Source: Candidatus Dojkabacteria bacterium
GTDB lineage: Bacteria > Patescibacteriota > Dojkabacteria > GCA-002793355
DNA length: 46,744 nt
Direction of reading: 5' to 3'
Assembly (NCBI GenBank): GCA_015485585.1
Contig: WFTI01000032.1
Span: forward strand, 1 to 46,744
Shown here in pieces: positions 32,467-41,639 of the stretch. Positions within the stretch are counted from its first letter, which is position 1; every line of letters begins with the position of its first letter. The position numbers and the translations under genes were made by a program. The notes below the pieces were generated by a model. It did no database searches and was not told the DNA's origin. It was given only the letters and a program-made list of their open reading frames with translations.

Positions 32467-32850
32467 ATGTTAAGGCTTTTTGGTGTAAACTTGCCAGAAA
32501 AGAAGGCGATCTGGGTTGCTTTAACCTATATTTATGGAATAGGTCGTACAAGAGCGTTAACCATATGTAGAGAAACGGGAATCGATCCGAATAAGAAGGT
32601 AAAAGATATTACCGAAGAAGAAGCTGCAAAAATTCGTACTTTTATTGAAGCAAACTATACGGTAGAAGGTGATCTGCGTCAAAAGGTAAAAGAAGATATA
32701 GAACGATTAAAAAGAATAAGATGCTGGCGCGGAATAAGGCATATGATAGGTTTGCCTGTTCGAGGTCAAAGAACCCGTCACAATGCTCGAAGTCACAAGG
32801 GTAAGGCTCGTCCAGTAGCAGGACTTAATGTAAAAACGTCTCCTAAATAA
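32467..32850 (+). CDS. rpsM: 30S ribosomal protein S13
   Basis: GVNLPEKKAIWVALTYIYGIG... Confidence 0.95.
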   Translation: MLRLFGVNLPEKKAIWVALTYIYGIGRTRALTICRETGIDPNKKVKDITEEEAAKIRTFIEANYTVEGDLRQKVKEDIERLKRIRCWRGIRHMIGLPVRGQRTRHNARSHKGKARPVAGLNVKTSPK

Positions 32851-33245
32851 TGCCTAAGAAGCGAAAAAAGACCGTAAAGAAAAAGAAAAAACGTACGGTA
32901 AAAGAAGGGATCGCCCATATTAAGGCTATGTGGAATAATACATTTATTACTATTACTGATCTTGAAGGGAATGTATTAGTGTCTTATACTCCTCCCAAAT
33001 TAGGATTTAAACATACTAAAAAGCGTACAGCATATGCAGTGACTCAGGCTGCTATCGCTGCTGCAGAGGCAGCAAAATCAAGATACGGGCTTGAAACGGT
33101 TCGGGTATATGTAAACGGACCTGGTATGGGAAGAAATCCTGCGATAAAAGGGCTTGCCAGCGCAGGTTTAAAGATTAGCATGATAGTAGATGTTTCAAAA
33201 CCCCAGTTTGGGGGAATAAGAAGATCGAAACCTCCACGCAAATAA
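32850..33245 (+). CDS. rpsK: 30S ribosomal protein S11
   Basis: Sequence similarity and position. Confidence 0.95.
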   Translation: MPKKRKKTVKKKKKRTVKEGIAHIKAMWNNTFITITDLEGNVLVSYTPPKLGFKHTKKRTAYAVTQAAIAAAEAAKSRYGLETVRVYVNGPGMGRNPAIKGLASAGLKISMIVDVSKPQFGGIRRSKPPRK

Positions 33246-33264
33246 TTTAAGAGTTTAAGATGGA

Positions 33265-33876
33265 ATGGTTTATCCTAAAAAAGAAAAACTAAGCCGACGA
33301 GAAGGCGTTAACCTCTACCTTAAAGGAGCCCGTAGCTTTTCAGACAAAGCAGGAATAGTACGTCGACCCTATAAACCAGGTCAGCACGGGCAAAAAAGCA
33401 CAAGGCTTACAGTTTATGGGCTTCAGCTTCGTGAAAAGCAGAAGGTGAAGCGTATGTATCTTATGCGCGAGAGACAGTTTAAACGTTTCTTTGAGAAAGC
33501 CCTTAAAATAGCTCAGAAGACAAAACAAGATAAAGGATTTGTTTTTTTACAGTTACTTGAGCGTAAGCTTGATATGGTGCTTTATAACTCGGGCTTAGCC
33601 AAATCAAAAGGGGCTGCTCGTCAACTGGTTGTTCATGGACATGTTAAGGTTAATGGAGTGAAAGTAAAGTCTCCATCTTATCTGGTTGAGATAGGAGATG
33701 TGATTGAGGTTTCTGAAAAGGTGTTTGATAAATATAAACGGGATTATGAAGGACCTGCAATTCCTGAATGGTTGGAAGTTAAAGGAAATAAGTGTAAAAT
33801 ACTACGATTCCCAACACGGGAAGAGATTAGTAAAGATATCGATGAATCTTTAATTGTAGAATGGTATACACGGTAA
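33265..33876 (+). CDS. rpsD: 30S ribosomal protein S4
   Basis: S4 N-domain plus S4 RNA-binding domain (ARQLVVHGHVKVNG). Confidence 0.95.
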   Translation: MVYPKKEKLSRREGVNLYLKGARSFSDKAGIVRRPYKPGQHGQKSTRLTVYGLQLREKQKVKRMYLMRERQFKRFFEKALKIAQKTKQDKGFVFLQLLERKLDMVLYNSGLAKSKGAARQLVVHGHVKVNGVKVKSPSYLVEIGDVIEVSEKVFDKYKRDYEGPAIPEWLEVKGNKCKILRFPTREEISKDIDESLIVEWYTR

Positions 33877-33898
33877 TTAAGATAATCAGAATAGAACA

Positions 33899-34855
33899 AT
33901 GATCTCTTTTAAAGATGTAATAATAACAGAACAGGAAGTCGAGAGATTAGAAGACGGTAAACTGAAGGGAACATTTGAAATATATCCTCTTCCGAAAGGG
34001 TATGGGCATACCCTTGGGACCTCCCTTCGTCGTACGCTTCTTTCTTCTATTCCAGGGTATGCGATTACGAGTGTACGGGTAAATGATGTAGACCATGAAT
34101 TTACCACTATTTCAGGCGTACTAGAGAACGTACTTGATATAGTTTTAAGGTTAAAGAAGGTTAGGTTTAAAGTAACAGGAAATCTTGATTCATATGTGAT
34201 TACTCTTAATGCATCTGGTAAGGTAGGAGAGGTTAAGGCAGGAGAGTTTGATACTCCTCCCGAGGTTGAGATAGTAAACAAAGACTACACAATAGCTACT
34301 TTAACTGATAAAAAGGCAAAGCTTATAATTGAGGCTACTATTGAGAAGGGGTTAGGTTATAAACCTCCGAAAGAGAATCTACGTGAAGAGGTTGGACGTA
34401 TCCCATTAGATAGTATTTTTAGTCCAGTGAAACTAGTAAATTACGAGGTATTACCAGTTGCTAAGAAAGGAAAGGTAGAGTACGATAAATTACAGATCGT
34501 AATAGAAACCGATGGGTCTGTGACTCCAAAACAAGCGCTAGATAAGGCTCTAAAAACATTACAAAATCTTTTCAATCATCTTGCTGCTGTTAGTGAGGCT
34601 TTAGTAACGGGTAAACCCGTGAAAGAAGAAGTCTCAGAAGACGAGGTAAAAGATCAAACAAAAGAGCAAGACCAAACCGATATCTCAGTCTTAGGACTAA
34701 GCACAAGGATCGTGAATAACCTTCGCTTTAATGGAATTAACACAGTTGAGGAGTTATTGGCTGTCCATCCAGATGATCTTGTAAAACTAAAAGGAATCGG
34801 GGCAGAAAGCGCTGAAAAAATAAAAGAGGCTCTAAAGAAATACCAGAAAAAATAA
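33899..34855 (+). CDS. rpoA: DNA-directed RNA polymerase subunit alpha
   Basis: GYGHTLGTSLRRTLLSSIPG, with a C-terminal HhH domain (LGLSTRIVNNL). Confidence 0.95.
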   Translation: MISFKDVIITEQEVERLEDGKLKGTFEIYPLPKGYGHTLGTSLRRTLLSSIPGYAITSVRVNDVDHEFTTISGVLENVLDIVLRLKKVRFKVTGNLDSYVITLNASGKVGEVKAGEFDTPPEVEIVNKDYTIATLTDKKAKLIIEATIEKGLGYKPPKENLREEVGRIPLDSIFSPVKLVNYEVLPVAKKGKVEYDKLQIVIETDGSVTPKQALDKALKTLQNLFNHLAAVSEALVTGKPVKEEVSEDEVKDQTKEQDQTDISVLGLSTRIVNNLRFNGINTVEELLAVHPDDLVKLKGIGAESAEKIKEALKKYQKK

Positions 34856-34888
34856 GAGAGTATTTAAAGTAAGGATCGGTAGCGGAGA

Positions 34889-35341
34889 ATGTATAAGAAA
34901 AAGAAAAAATATCGACTTAATACATCGAACAAAGCGCACACCTATCTTATGCTACGCAATCTGTTTACTTCGTTACTACTGCATAAAAAGTTAGTAACTA
35001 CCGTAAGACGTGCAAAGACCTTAAGAGATTATGCTCAAAAAATGTTGGTACAATACAGTAAGATAGAAGATCCGTGGCAAAAGAAGCGTTGGATTAATGC
35101 AAACATTTTGACCCGTAAATATCTTAACCGCATTAAAGAGACTCTTGAACAGGCCAAAAAAGAGTATAAGATAACCTTGAAAGCAGTAGGTTTTAGGAAT
35201 GGAGACGGAAGTTTAATGTATGAGGTAGAATTAGTGGTTCCACAAACACAAGAAGACACCTCTAAAAAAGAAGAAGCAACATCAGAACAGAAACCAAACC
35301 CGAAAGATGAAAAGAATAAAGGTAAAGTAAAAAAGAAGTAA
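34889..35341 (+). CDS. rplQ: 50S ribosomal protein L17 (Lys/Glu-rich C-terminal tail)
   Basis: LRNLFTSLLLHKKLVTTVRRAK, located after rpoA. Confidence 0.9.
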   Translation: MYKKKKKYRLNTSNKAHTYLMLRNLFTSLLLHKKLVTTVRRAKTLRDYAQKMLVQYSKIEDPWQKKRWINANILTRKYLNRIKETLEQAKKEYKITLKAVGFRNGDGSLMYEVELVVPQTQEDTSKKEEATSEQKPNPKDEKNKGKVKKK

Positions 35342-35344
35342 CCG

Positions 35345-35788
35345 ATGTTTAACACAACAACATGGACAAAACCAACAGAGGTGGAGCGTAAGTGGTACCT
35401 TATTGATGCTAAAGGTATACCGCTTGGGCGTTTAGCCTCAGTGATCGCTGTATATCTTACTGGTAAGTTAAAACCCAATTATGTACCCAATGTAGACATG
35501 GGAGATTATGTTGTGGTTATAAATGTAGACAAGATCGCATTTACTGGTAAAAAACTCGAATATAAAGAGCTTATCTCTCATTCTGGATATCCTGGTGGGC
35601 TTAAAAGAGAACGGGTTAAAGAGCTTATGAAGATTAATCCTAAAAAGGTACTTCTTATGGCAGTGAAACGTATGCTTCCTAAAAACAAATTGAGAGCTCA
35701 TTATCTTAAGCGTTTAAAGATGTATATAGGTGATAAGCATCCTCATATTGCTCAAGCACCTAATCTAATTGAGATAAAAGACGTATGA
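35345..35788 (+). CDS. rplM: 50S ribosomal protein L13
   Basis: RKWYLIDAKGIPLGRLAS... Confidence 0.95.
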   Translation: MFNTTTWTKPTEVERKWYLIDAKGIPLGRLASVIAVYLTGKLKPNYVPNVDMGDYVVVINVDKIAFTGKKLEYKELISHSGYPGGLKRERVKELMKINPKKVLLMAVKRMLPKNKLRAHYLKRLKMYIGDKHPHIAQAPNLIEIKDV

Positions 35789-36207
35789 TCACAATAGAGG
35801 ATTTAAAAACCCGAAAATATATCGAAGCAGTAGGACGAAGAAAAGAGACTAGCGCAAGGGTACGTATTTATGAACTTAAATCAGGGGAGACACCGTTTTT
35901 TATCATTAATGAGAAAGAAGCTGAAAAATTCTTTGATGATTTTGATCGTCAACATATATTGTATCCTCTCCAGGTAGTAAACTTACAAGGAAAATTTGGT
36001 ATCTCAGTTAAAGTACGTGGAGGAGGAATGACAGGATGGAAAGATGCTATTCGTCTTGGGTTAGCTCGTGCGCTTGTGAAATATAATCAAGACCTAAAGC
36101 CTAAACTACGTAAAGAAGGGTTACTTACCCGTGATCCGCGTGTGGTTGAGCGTAAGAAGGTAGGTCTCAAGAAAGCTCGTAAGGCTCCACGCTGGCGCAA
36201 ACGTTAA
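35785..36207 (+). CDS. rpsI: 30S ribosomal protein S9
   Basis: GRRKETSARVRI...GGGMTGWKDAIRLG...KKARKAPRWRKR. Confidence 0.95.
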   Translation: MITIEDLKTRKYIEAVGRRKETSARVRIYELKSGETPFFIINEKEAEKFFDDFDRQHILYPLQVVNLQGKFGISVKVRGGGMTGWKDAIRLGLARALVKYNQDLKPKLRKEGLLTRDPRVVERKKVGLKKARKAPRWRKR

Positions 36208-37043
36208 AGATAGTATTCTTGTAGTTGATTCAATGGAATCGAATTGTTTTCAGCGGTATATAGTTTTTTCACTCCTAAAAACGCTGCAAGATTCGTAATC
36301 TCATAAAGATATTGATGTAGCATAGTGCGCGAACAGGCGCAGCGGGCAAGCTGAAACCGTTTACCGCAGTTACATGGAGGTATAATGATGGTAAGGTTAT
36401 AGAAGGCTTCTAGATAGGGTAATTTTGAAAGATTGAGCCGAATCGGTTTAAAAATCCAGTTGTTTAAAAAGGTGGGATACAAACGGATCTGGGTTAATGA
36501 CGGTAACTTTAGTAATCTAACGGATGTTTGGTTTATTCTGTTTATCCAGCTTATCTGAGAATATATCTTGGTATCAAGATAGCTTTTTAGTGATGGTAGG
36601 AATTCTAAAAAAGTGCTAATGTCGGTTGTTGGGTTTGTGTTGATAAAGATACGAATGTTTTTTCTGTGTGGAGGCTTAAGCTGTTTTTTGAAAAAATAAC
36701 GATAAAACAGATGGGCTTCGTCATGATAAGGTTTAAAAGAGGTAGATATTTTTTGTGTCAGAGACTTTATAAGCCACTTTAAAAAAGGTTCTAGGTCTTC
36801 TAACTGGTTGATCTTGTACAACAAAGGATTATGGATTCTTATTGTAACCCGTTGATATTTAAGTAAATCTTGTTTTTTGAGGATCTCTTCGTAGAATTTT
36901 AAATCACGTGAAAGATCAGTGGTTATGTGTCCTGTAATTTTAAACTGGGGAACTCCTTTTCTTATGATTACTTCAATTTTTAATAAAGTAGGGAGTTTAT
37001 CTTGAGGAGTCACAAACTGATAGATAGTATGTATTTGGGGCAT
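36204..37043 (-). CDS. ComM/YifB-like protein lacking the AAA+ ATPase core (N-domain plus Cys cluster only)
   Basis: LLKIEVIIRKGVPQFKITGH...RVTIRIHNP resembles the ComM N-domain, and PPCNCGKRFQLARCACS resembles the ComM NPCPCG...C.C cluster. No Walker A or B motif was seen. Confidence 0.4.
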   Translation of the reverse strand: MPQIHTIYQFVTPQDKLPTLLKIEVIIRKGVPQFKITGHITTDLSRDLKFYEEILKKQDLLKYQRVTIRIHNPLLYKINQLEDLEPFLKWLIKSLTQKISTSFKPYHDEAHLFYRYFFKKQLKPPHRKNIRIFINTNPTTDISTFLEFLPSLKSYLDTKIYSQISWINRINQTSVRLLKLPSLTQIRLYPTFLNNWIFKPIRLNLSKLPYLEAFYNLTIIIPPCNCGKRFQLARCACSRTMLHQYLYEITNLAAFLGVKKLYTAENNSIPLNQLQEYYL

Positions 37044-37050
37044 TGTAATG

Positions 37051-37056
37051 AGTATA
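37051..37056 (-). promoter_or_regulatory. -10 box TATACT 8 nt before the ATG at 37043; leaderless candidate
   Basis: The minus strand reads aaTATACTcattacaATG. Confidence 0.35.
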
Positions 37057-37077
37057 TTTAAAAAGTGTTACGTCTGT

Positions 37078-37086
37078 TGGTATAAT
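37078..37086 (+). promoter_or_regulatory. Extended -10 box TGgTATAAT for rnpB
   Basis: tTGgTATAATtcttata-CCCTATAG. The predicted +1 (~37093) coincides with the start of the P1 helix. Confidence 0.55.
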
Positions 37087-37093
37087 TCTTATA

Positions 37094-37358
37094 CCCTATA
37101 GTAGTAGGGGGCGCGCGTGGTTGTAGGGTATAAAACCCTATAACCACGAGGAAAGTCCGACCTCCGAAGATGGGGACGGGGGAAACCCCGGCAGGCGAAA
37201 GCTTGCGGATAGGGCCACAGAAATTAGACGTGGCGTAAGCCACGGTGAAACGGGCGCAAAAGCCCTATAGGTAACCCCTCCCCGGAGCAAGGTCGCAGGT
37301 TGACCGCTAAGAGAAATGCGCCCTAAAACAGAAGTCGGCTTACTCTACTACTATAGGG
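37094..37358 (+). ncRNA. rnpB: RNase P RNA (bacterial type-A-like, unusually small at ~265 nt)
   Basis: CR-I GAGGAAAGTCCG, CR-V ACAGAAGTCGGCTTAC, CCCGGAGCAAGG, ACAGAAA. The 14-bp P1 helix pairs 37094-37107 with 37345-37358. P2 (gggcgc/gcgccc) and the P3 hairpin are readable. Confidence 0.9.
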
Positions 37359-37953
37359 CGTGTTTTATCAGTTGATGGATATCTCCTTTAATAAAGACAT
37401 GAGGATTGATAAGGATCTTGTACAGGAAATTGTCGAAACGTCGAAGTCTCAACTTTAGATCCGTTGGAGTAAGAAGGGTAAATACTATCGCGTTTCCTAT
37501 TTTATTCTCTAGTTCTTCGATTTTTTGATTAAGTTTCATTACGTTTATCTCTCCTATAAAAACGACATCTACATCGTATTCTTCTTTGGGGACCTGAAGT
37601 ATATAATGGTGGGTTAGTATTGCAAATTCGATCAATTCTTCTTTTGAGATCTCACGATACAGTAGATATCCTAGTCCATATGCTTTATGGAACATAGTTA
37701 AGATATCGAAATAGAAGGGATGGTCTCTATTAAGTACCAGAAGATGTTTTTTCCCTTTTACCTCTTTATGGATGATCTCATTTTTCTCAAGTTGCCGGAC
37801 CGCATAGGCGATTGCATTAACGTTAAGCTTTATGCGTCTTGATAATTCTCGTACAGTAAGGCTCTCATTAGGATTAAACACAAGCTCTTTTATTATCTCT
37901 CTTTTAGCTTTACTGTTTATGAGGGTACTTAATGAAGCAAAAGGTTTGTACAT
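37351..37953 (-). CDS. Winged-helix (ArsR/MarR-like) DNA-binding protein with uncharacterised C-terminal domain
   Basis: LTVRELSRRIKLNVNAIAYAVRQLEKNEII is an HTH-like segment. No further motif was recognised. Confidence 0.4.
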   Translation of the reverse strand: MYKPFASLSTLINSKAKREIIKELVFNPNESLTVRELSRRIKLNVNAIAYAVRQLEKNEIIHKEVKGKKHLLVLNRDHPFYFDILTMFHKAYGLGYLLYREISKEELIEFAILTHHYILQVPKEEYDVDVVFIGEINVMKLNQKIEELENKIGNAIVFTLLTPTDLKLRLRRFDNFLYKILINPHVFIKGDIHQLIKHAL

Positions 37954-37958
37954 ACAAG

Positions 37959-37967
37959 ATTATATCA
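37959..37967 (-). promoter_or_regulatory. Extended -10 box TGaTATAAT 6 nt before the ATG at 37953; leaderless candidate
   Basis: The minus strand reads aaTGaTATAATcttgtATG. Confidence 0.45.
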
Positions 37968-37970
37968 TTT

Positions 37971-38606
37971 TTAAAGCATATTATTTGCTCTAAAGCTATA
38001 ATAATCTTCTTTTGTAATAATGATATGGTCAAGCAGTTTGATTCCTAAGAGGTTAGCGAGGGCATCGATTGCCTGAGTTGTTTTTATATCGTGTTCACTT
38101 GGGGTAGGATTTCCTGAAGGGTGGTTATGGACAAGGATAATACGGTCTGCATTATATTTTAGAGCAGTCTTTATTACATCTTTGGGGGTTATTAGCACGT
38201 AAGACTGCTTGCCTTTGGCAAGGAGTTTAAATTCAATGTGTTCTAATCGGGCGCTAAGAAGGTGGACATAGAAATACTCTTTTTTTCGGTGTCTTAAGAA
38301 ACTGAAGATTTTTACTACCTGTTGAGGATGTTGGATAAAAATTCGGGCTTCTTTTTTCTTGATACGTTTGGCAATCTCTATAACAGCAAGAATCTGTGCT
38401 ATCTTTGCTTCTCCTAGTCCGGGGATCTCTTTGAGTTGTTGCTTTAAGGTGGTTGTGGGTTGGTTAGAGACAAGAAGAGGGGTTACATGGTGCGCGAGCT
38501 TGAAAACATCAAGCTCGCGCACCCCCGTATTCAACACTATACTAACAAGTTCCTCTAATTTTAAACTTTCAGGCCCATGTATAAGTAATTTTTCGCGCGG
38601 AAGCAT
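37971..38606 (-). CDS. radC: RadC-like JAB/MPN domain protein
   Basis: JAMM motif HNHPSGNPTPSEHD, with an N-terminal HhH-like segment IPGLGEAKIAQI. Confidence 0.85.
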   Translation of the reverse strand: MLPREKLLIHGPESLKLEELVSIVLNTGVRELDVFKLAHHVTPLLVSNQPTTTLKQQLKEIPGLGEAKIAQILAVIEIAKRIKKKEARIFIQHPQQVVKIFSFLRHRKKEYFYVHLLSARLEHIEFKLLAKGKQSYVLITPKDVIKTALKYNADRIILVHNHPSGNPTPSEHDIKTTQAIDALANLLGIKLLDHIIITKEDYYSFRANNML

Positions 38607-38617
38607 CTATTGGGATG

Positions 38618-40705
38618 TTATATCTCTAAAGGTTTTATAAAGTCACACTCAGGATACCCGCTACATCCGATAAAAATCCTCCCTTTTTTATTTTTTCGTT
38701 CCACCAGGTGTCTTCCACACTTAGGACAGGTTTCTTTTAACAATAAAGGCATAACCTTTTTAATCTTCGGATAATCCTTATGAGCCCAAAAAGGCCCATA
38801 TGGTCCAAATTTAAGTTGGTATTCCCCCTTTTCTACCTCAGGAGGAATCACGTATTTCTCAAGATCTATATACGGTTTTATTCCATCACATTCAGGAAAC
38901 CTACTACAGCTTAAAAATTTACCGAATCTCCCTACCTTTATAACCATGGGACTTCCACATTTTGGACATTGCTCGTTACTTTCTCCTATGATTAAAAGAT
39001 CTGCCTTATCTACATTGGCTTCTACCTCCTTTACACGCTTTATAAATTCAGGAAAGATCATATCTATTACCGTAACCTTGTGTGTCTTTGAGTTAGCTAT
39101 CTGGTCAAGTTGATCTTCGATCTTGGCTGTGAAATCATAGTCTACTATTTTTGGGAAATACTCCTTTAGAAATTGTACAATGATCTTTCCAAGCTCTGTA
39201 GGTTTGATAAACCTGCCCTCATACTCAACATAGTTTCGTTTAGGTAATATACTAAGAATAGTTGCATATGTGGAGGGTCTTCCTATGCCAAGTTTTTTAA
39301 GGGTTTTTACTAAGGTAGCATCTGTATATCTTTTAGGAGGCTTTGTTTGTTTCTCAACAGCTTCTAATTCAAGATTCAGGGTTTGTTTATTTTCGTAGAT
39401 AGGAGATATTGTTTCTTCATTGTAGCCATAGATTGTTAAGAAACCAGGATCGATTAATGCGGTTTGCTCTGCATAAAAGATAAAAGATTTTGTATCAAAT
39501 AGCTTTTTAGCTTTATCGTTTAGTGGAGAAGCAATATATTTTATCTTTTTTCTTATAGCAGGCTTTGCTTGTGTCGCTAAAGCCCGTTTCCATATAAGGG
39601 TATACAGTTTAAGATGCGGCGAAGGAATCTTTCCTTTTAAATACTCAGGAGTGAGGAAGATATCTATTGGTCTTATTGCTTCATGGGCTTCTTGAGCCAC
39701 CTTACTTTTGGTTTTGTATTCACGTATTTTTTCATTAAGAACACCTTTATATTGTTGAGTTATGAAACTTCTTATACTTTTTATAGCTTGCTTACTTAGT
39801 CGGTATGAGTCGGTGCGCATGTAGGTAATAAGAGCCTTCTGCCCAATACCTTTTATGCTAAGACCTTGATATAGTTGTTGGGCAATCTGCATGGTGTATT
39901 TTGCAGAGTATCCTAAAATACGGTTTGCGTCTTGTTGAAGCGAGGCTGTATCATAGGGAGGTGGGGGTGTTACTTTGATCTCTTCTTCAGATATCTTTTC
40001 TATTTTTACTAGATTGTCTTTTTTAAAAAGTTGTAAGATCTCCTCTGCTTCTTGTTTTGTAAATCTGCATGGTTTTAGATTAGAGTGTTTAACTATCTTG
40101 AAAATAACTGGGGTGTTAGTGCTCTGGATAATATAGAATTTTTCGGATTTAAACCTTTCTATCTCTTCTTCACGTTCCACTATAAGGCGAAGGGCTGCGG
40201 ATTGTACCCTTCCTGCTGAGAGACCATACCTAACCTTTTTCCAAAGAAGCTGTGACAAAGGATATCCTATCAGGCGGTCAAGGATTCTTCTCGTTTGTTG
40301 AGCTTCTATAAGGCCACTATCAAGGTCTCGAGCTTTTTTAATTGCTTGTTGGATAGCTTCTTTTGTAATTTCATGAAATACTATCCGTTTATAGTGATCT
40401 TTATCTAGCCCTGCTATTCTAACTACCTGCCATGCTATTGATTCTCCTTCTCGATCAGGATCTGATGCAAGCAAAACTAATGGGGCTTTCTTAAGCCTGT
40501 TTTTAAGACGTTTAATTACCTTACCTTTTCCCTTTATTGTTACATATGTTGGGGCATAATCGTTGTCGATATCTACCCCTAGTTTGTTTGTGGGGAGATC
40601 GATTAGATGTCCGAAGGTAGCTTCAACATCATATTGATTATTAAGATAGCTTTTAATCGTTTTTGCTTTGGCGGGTGATTCTACCACTATAACTGGTTTA
40701 GCCAT
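38618..40705 (-). CDS. topA: DNA topoisomerase I
   Basis: TOPRIM VVESPAKAKTI...DPDREGE, the catalytic-Tyr region ITYMRTDS, and three C-terminal CxxC...C zinc ribbons. Confidence 0.95.
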   Translation of the reverse strand: MAKPVIVVESPAKAKTIKSYLNNQYDVEATFGHLIDLPTNKLGVDIDNDYAPTYVTIKGKGKVIKRLKNRLKKAPLVLLASDPDREGESIAWQVVRIAGLDKDHYKRIVFHEITKEAIQQAIKKARDLDSGLIEAQQTRRILDRLIGYPLSQLLWKKVRYGLSAGRVQSAALRLIVEREEEIERFKSEKFYIIQSTNTPVIFKIVKHSNLKPCRFTKQEAEEILQLFKKDNLVKIEKISEEEIKVTPPPPYDTASLQQDANRILGYSAKYTMQIAQQLYQGLSIKGIGQKALITYMRTDSYRLSKQAIKSIRSFITQQYKGVLNEKIREYKTKSKVAQEAHEAIRPIDIFLTPEYLKGKIPSPHLKLYTLIWKRALATQAKPAIRKKIKYIASPLNDKAKKLFDTKSFIFYAEQTALIDPGFLTIYGYNEETISPIYENKQTLNLELEAVEKQTKPPKRYTDATLVKTLKKLGIGRPSTYATILSILPKRNYVEYEGRFIKPTELGKIIVQFLKEYFPKIVDYDFTAKIEDQLDQIANSKTHKVTVIDMIFPEFIKRVKEVEANVDKADLLIIGESNEQCPKCGSPMVIKVGRFGKFLSCSRFPECDGIKPYIDLEKYVIPPEVEKGEYQLKFGPYGPFWAHKDYPKIKKVMPLLLKETCPKCGRHLVERKNKKGRIFIGCSGYPECDFIKPLEI

Positions 40706-40711
40706 AGCCTA

Positions 40712-40720
40712 ATAGTACCA
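40712..40720 (-). promoter_or_regulatory. Extended -10 box TGgTACTAT 7 nt before the topA ATG; leaderless candidate
   Basis: The minus strand reads gTGgTACTATtaggctATG. Confidence 0.4.
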
Positions 40721-40722
40721 CA

Positions 40723-41622
40723 TTAGTTTAACCAGTATGTTTTACGATGGTTATTTTTAAAGTATACGCCACCTGCTGTGGCGTAACAGATCTTCTTCGG
40801 TTTTAGAACATATACAGGTTTGTTTAGTAATGATGCAAATGTCGCTGTAATGAGAGCACCGCTTTTTAAAGGAGCTTGCAATAACACTAAAACTTCAGCA
40901 AAAGAAGCGATTAGTCGGTTTCTGAGTACTAACCGTCTTGTAAAAGACCAGGCTGGAGCCCATACATATTCGCTTACAAAGCTTTCTTCTTCGGTAGCCT
41001 TTATCTCTGTAGGAGTCTCTGCAAGCACTTCTACTATTGAAATATTATTTTTTCGAGCAAGATGGGTAGCTAAAGTATCGCATCCTCGAGCCATGCCGCT
41101 TATTACTACAGGACTAGAGTATCTTTTAAAAAATCGTGGAAGGGTTTTTACACTTTCTGAAACTGTCTCCCACAAAGGAGCACGTGTACCGACAATCCCT
41201 ATTGGGGTAGAGGTTTCTAGGTGGTTTATCTTTCCTTTAAAAAAGAGAATCATTGGCGGAAAAATCCCTTGAAGAAGAGATGATGGATAGTTTTTGTCAT
41301 TAATTGTAATGTAGTTTATCTCGAAACTGTGGAGTTCATTTAAGTGGTTTAAGGCGTTGTTGGCCTTTCTTGAGTCGAACTTATCCCATAAAGATTTTAG
41401 TTTTTTAAGATTTCCTTTTATTCCATAGCGTAAACTCGGTACCTTGTGGAATAAGAAAGTTATAGTTTTTTCAATAGTTGATCTGTTACAAAGCCCAAGG
41501 TTTGAAAATAATAGCCAGATGTCAAGGGTTGTAAAAAAGTGTTGGGTCTGGATATTCATTGCCCAATACGTAAAAAGAATGTGTTTTTTAAGAAGGGGTT
41601 TTAAAAGGGTGATGCCATTCAT
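40723..41622 (-). CDS. dprA: DNA processing protein DprA (Smf)
   Basis: IGIVGTRAP...VVISGMARGCDTLATH...RNRLIASFAEVLVLLQAPLKSGALITA, with classic dprA-topA synteny. Confidence 0.85.
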   Translation of the reverse strand: MNGITLLKPLLKKHILFTYWAMNIQTQHFFTTLDIWLLFSNLGLCNRSTIEKTITFLFHKVPSLRYGIKGNLKKLKSLWDKFDSRKANNALNHLNELHSFEINYITINDKNYPSSLLQGIFPPMILFFKGKINHLETSTPIGIVGTRAPLWETVSESVKTLPRFFKRYSSPVVISGMARGCDTLATHLARKNNISIVEVLAETPTEIKATEEESFVSEYVWAPAWSFTRRLVLRNRLIASFAEVLVLLQAPLKSGALITATFASLLNKPVYVLKPKKICYATAGGVYFKNNHRKTYWLN

Positions 41623-41639
41623 TCATGCTAAGAATAGAT

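Noticed and set aside
37058-37243. 61-aa minus-strand ORF
   Set aside because: It overlaps the rnpB promoter and the 5' half of the RNase P RNA. The GC-rich structured RNA explains the open frame.
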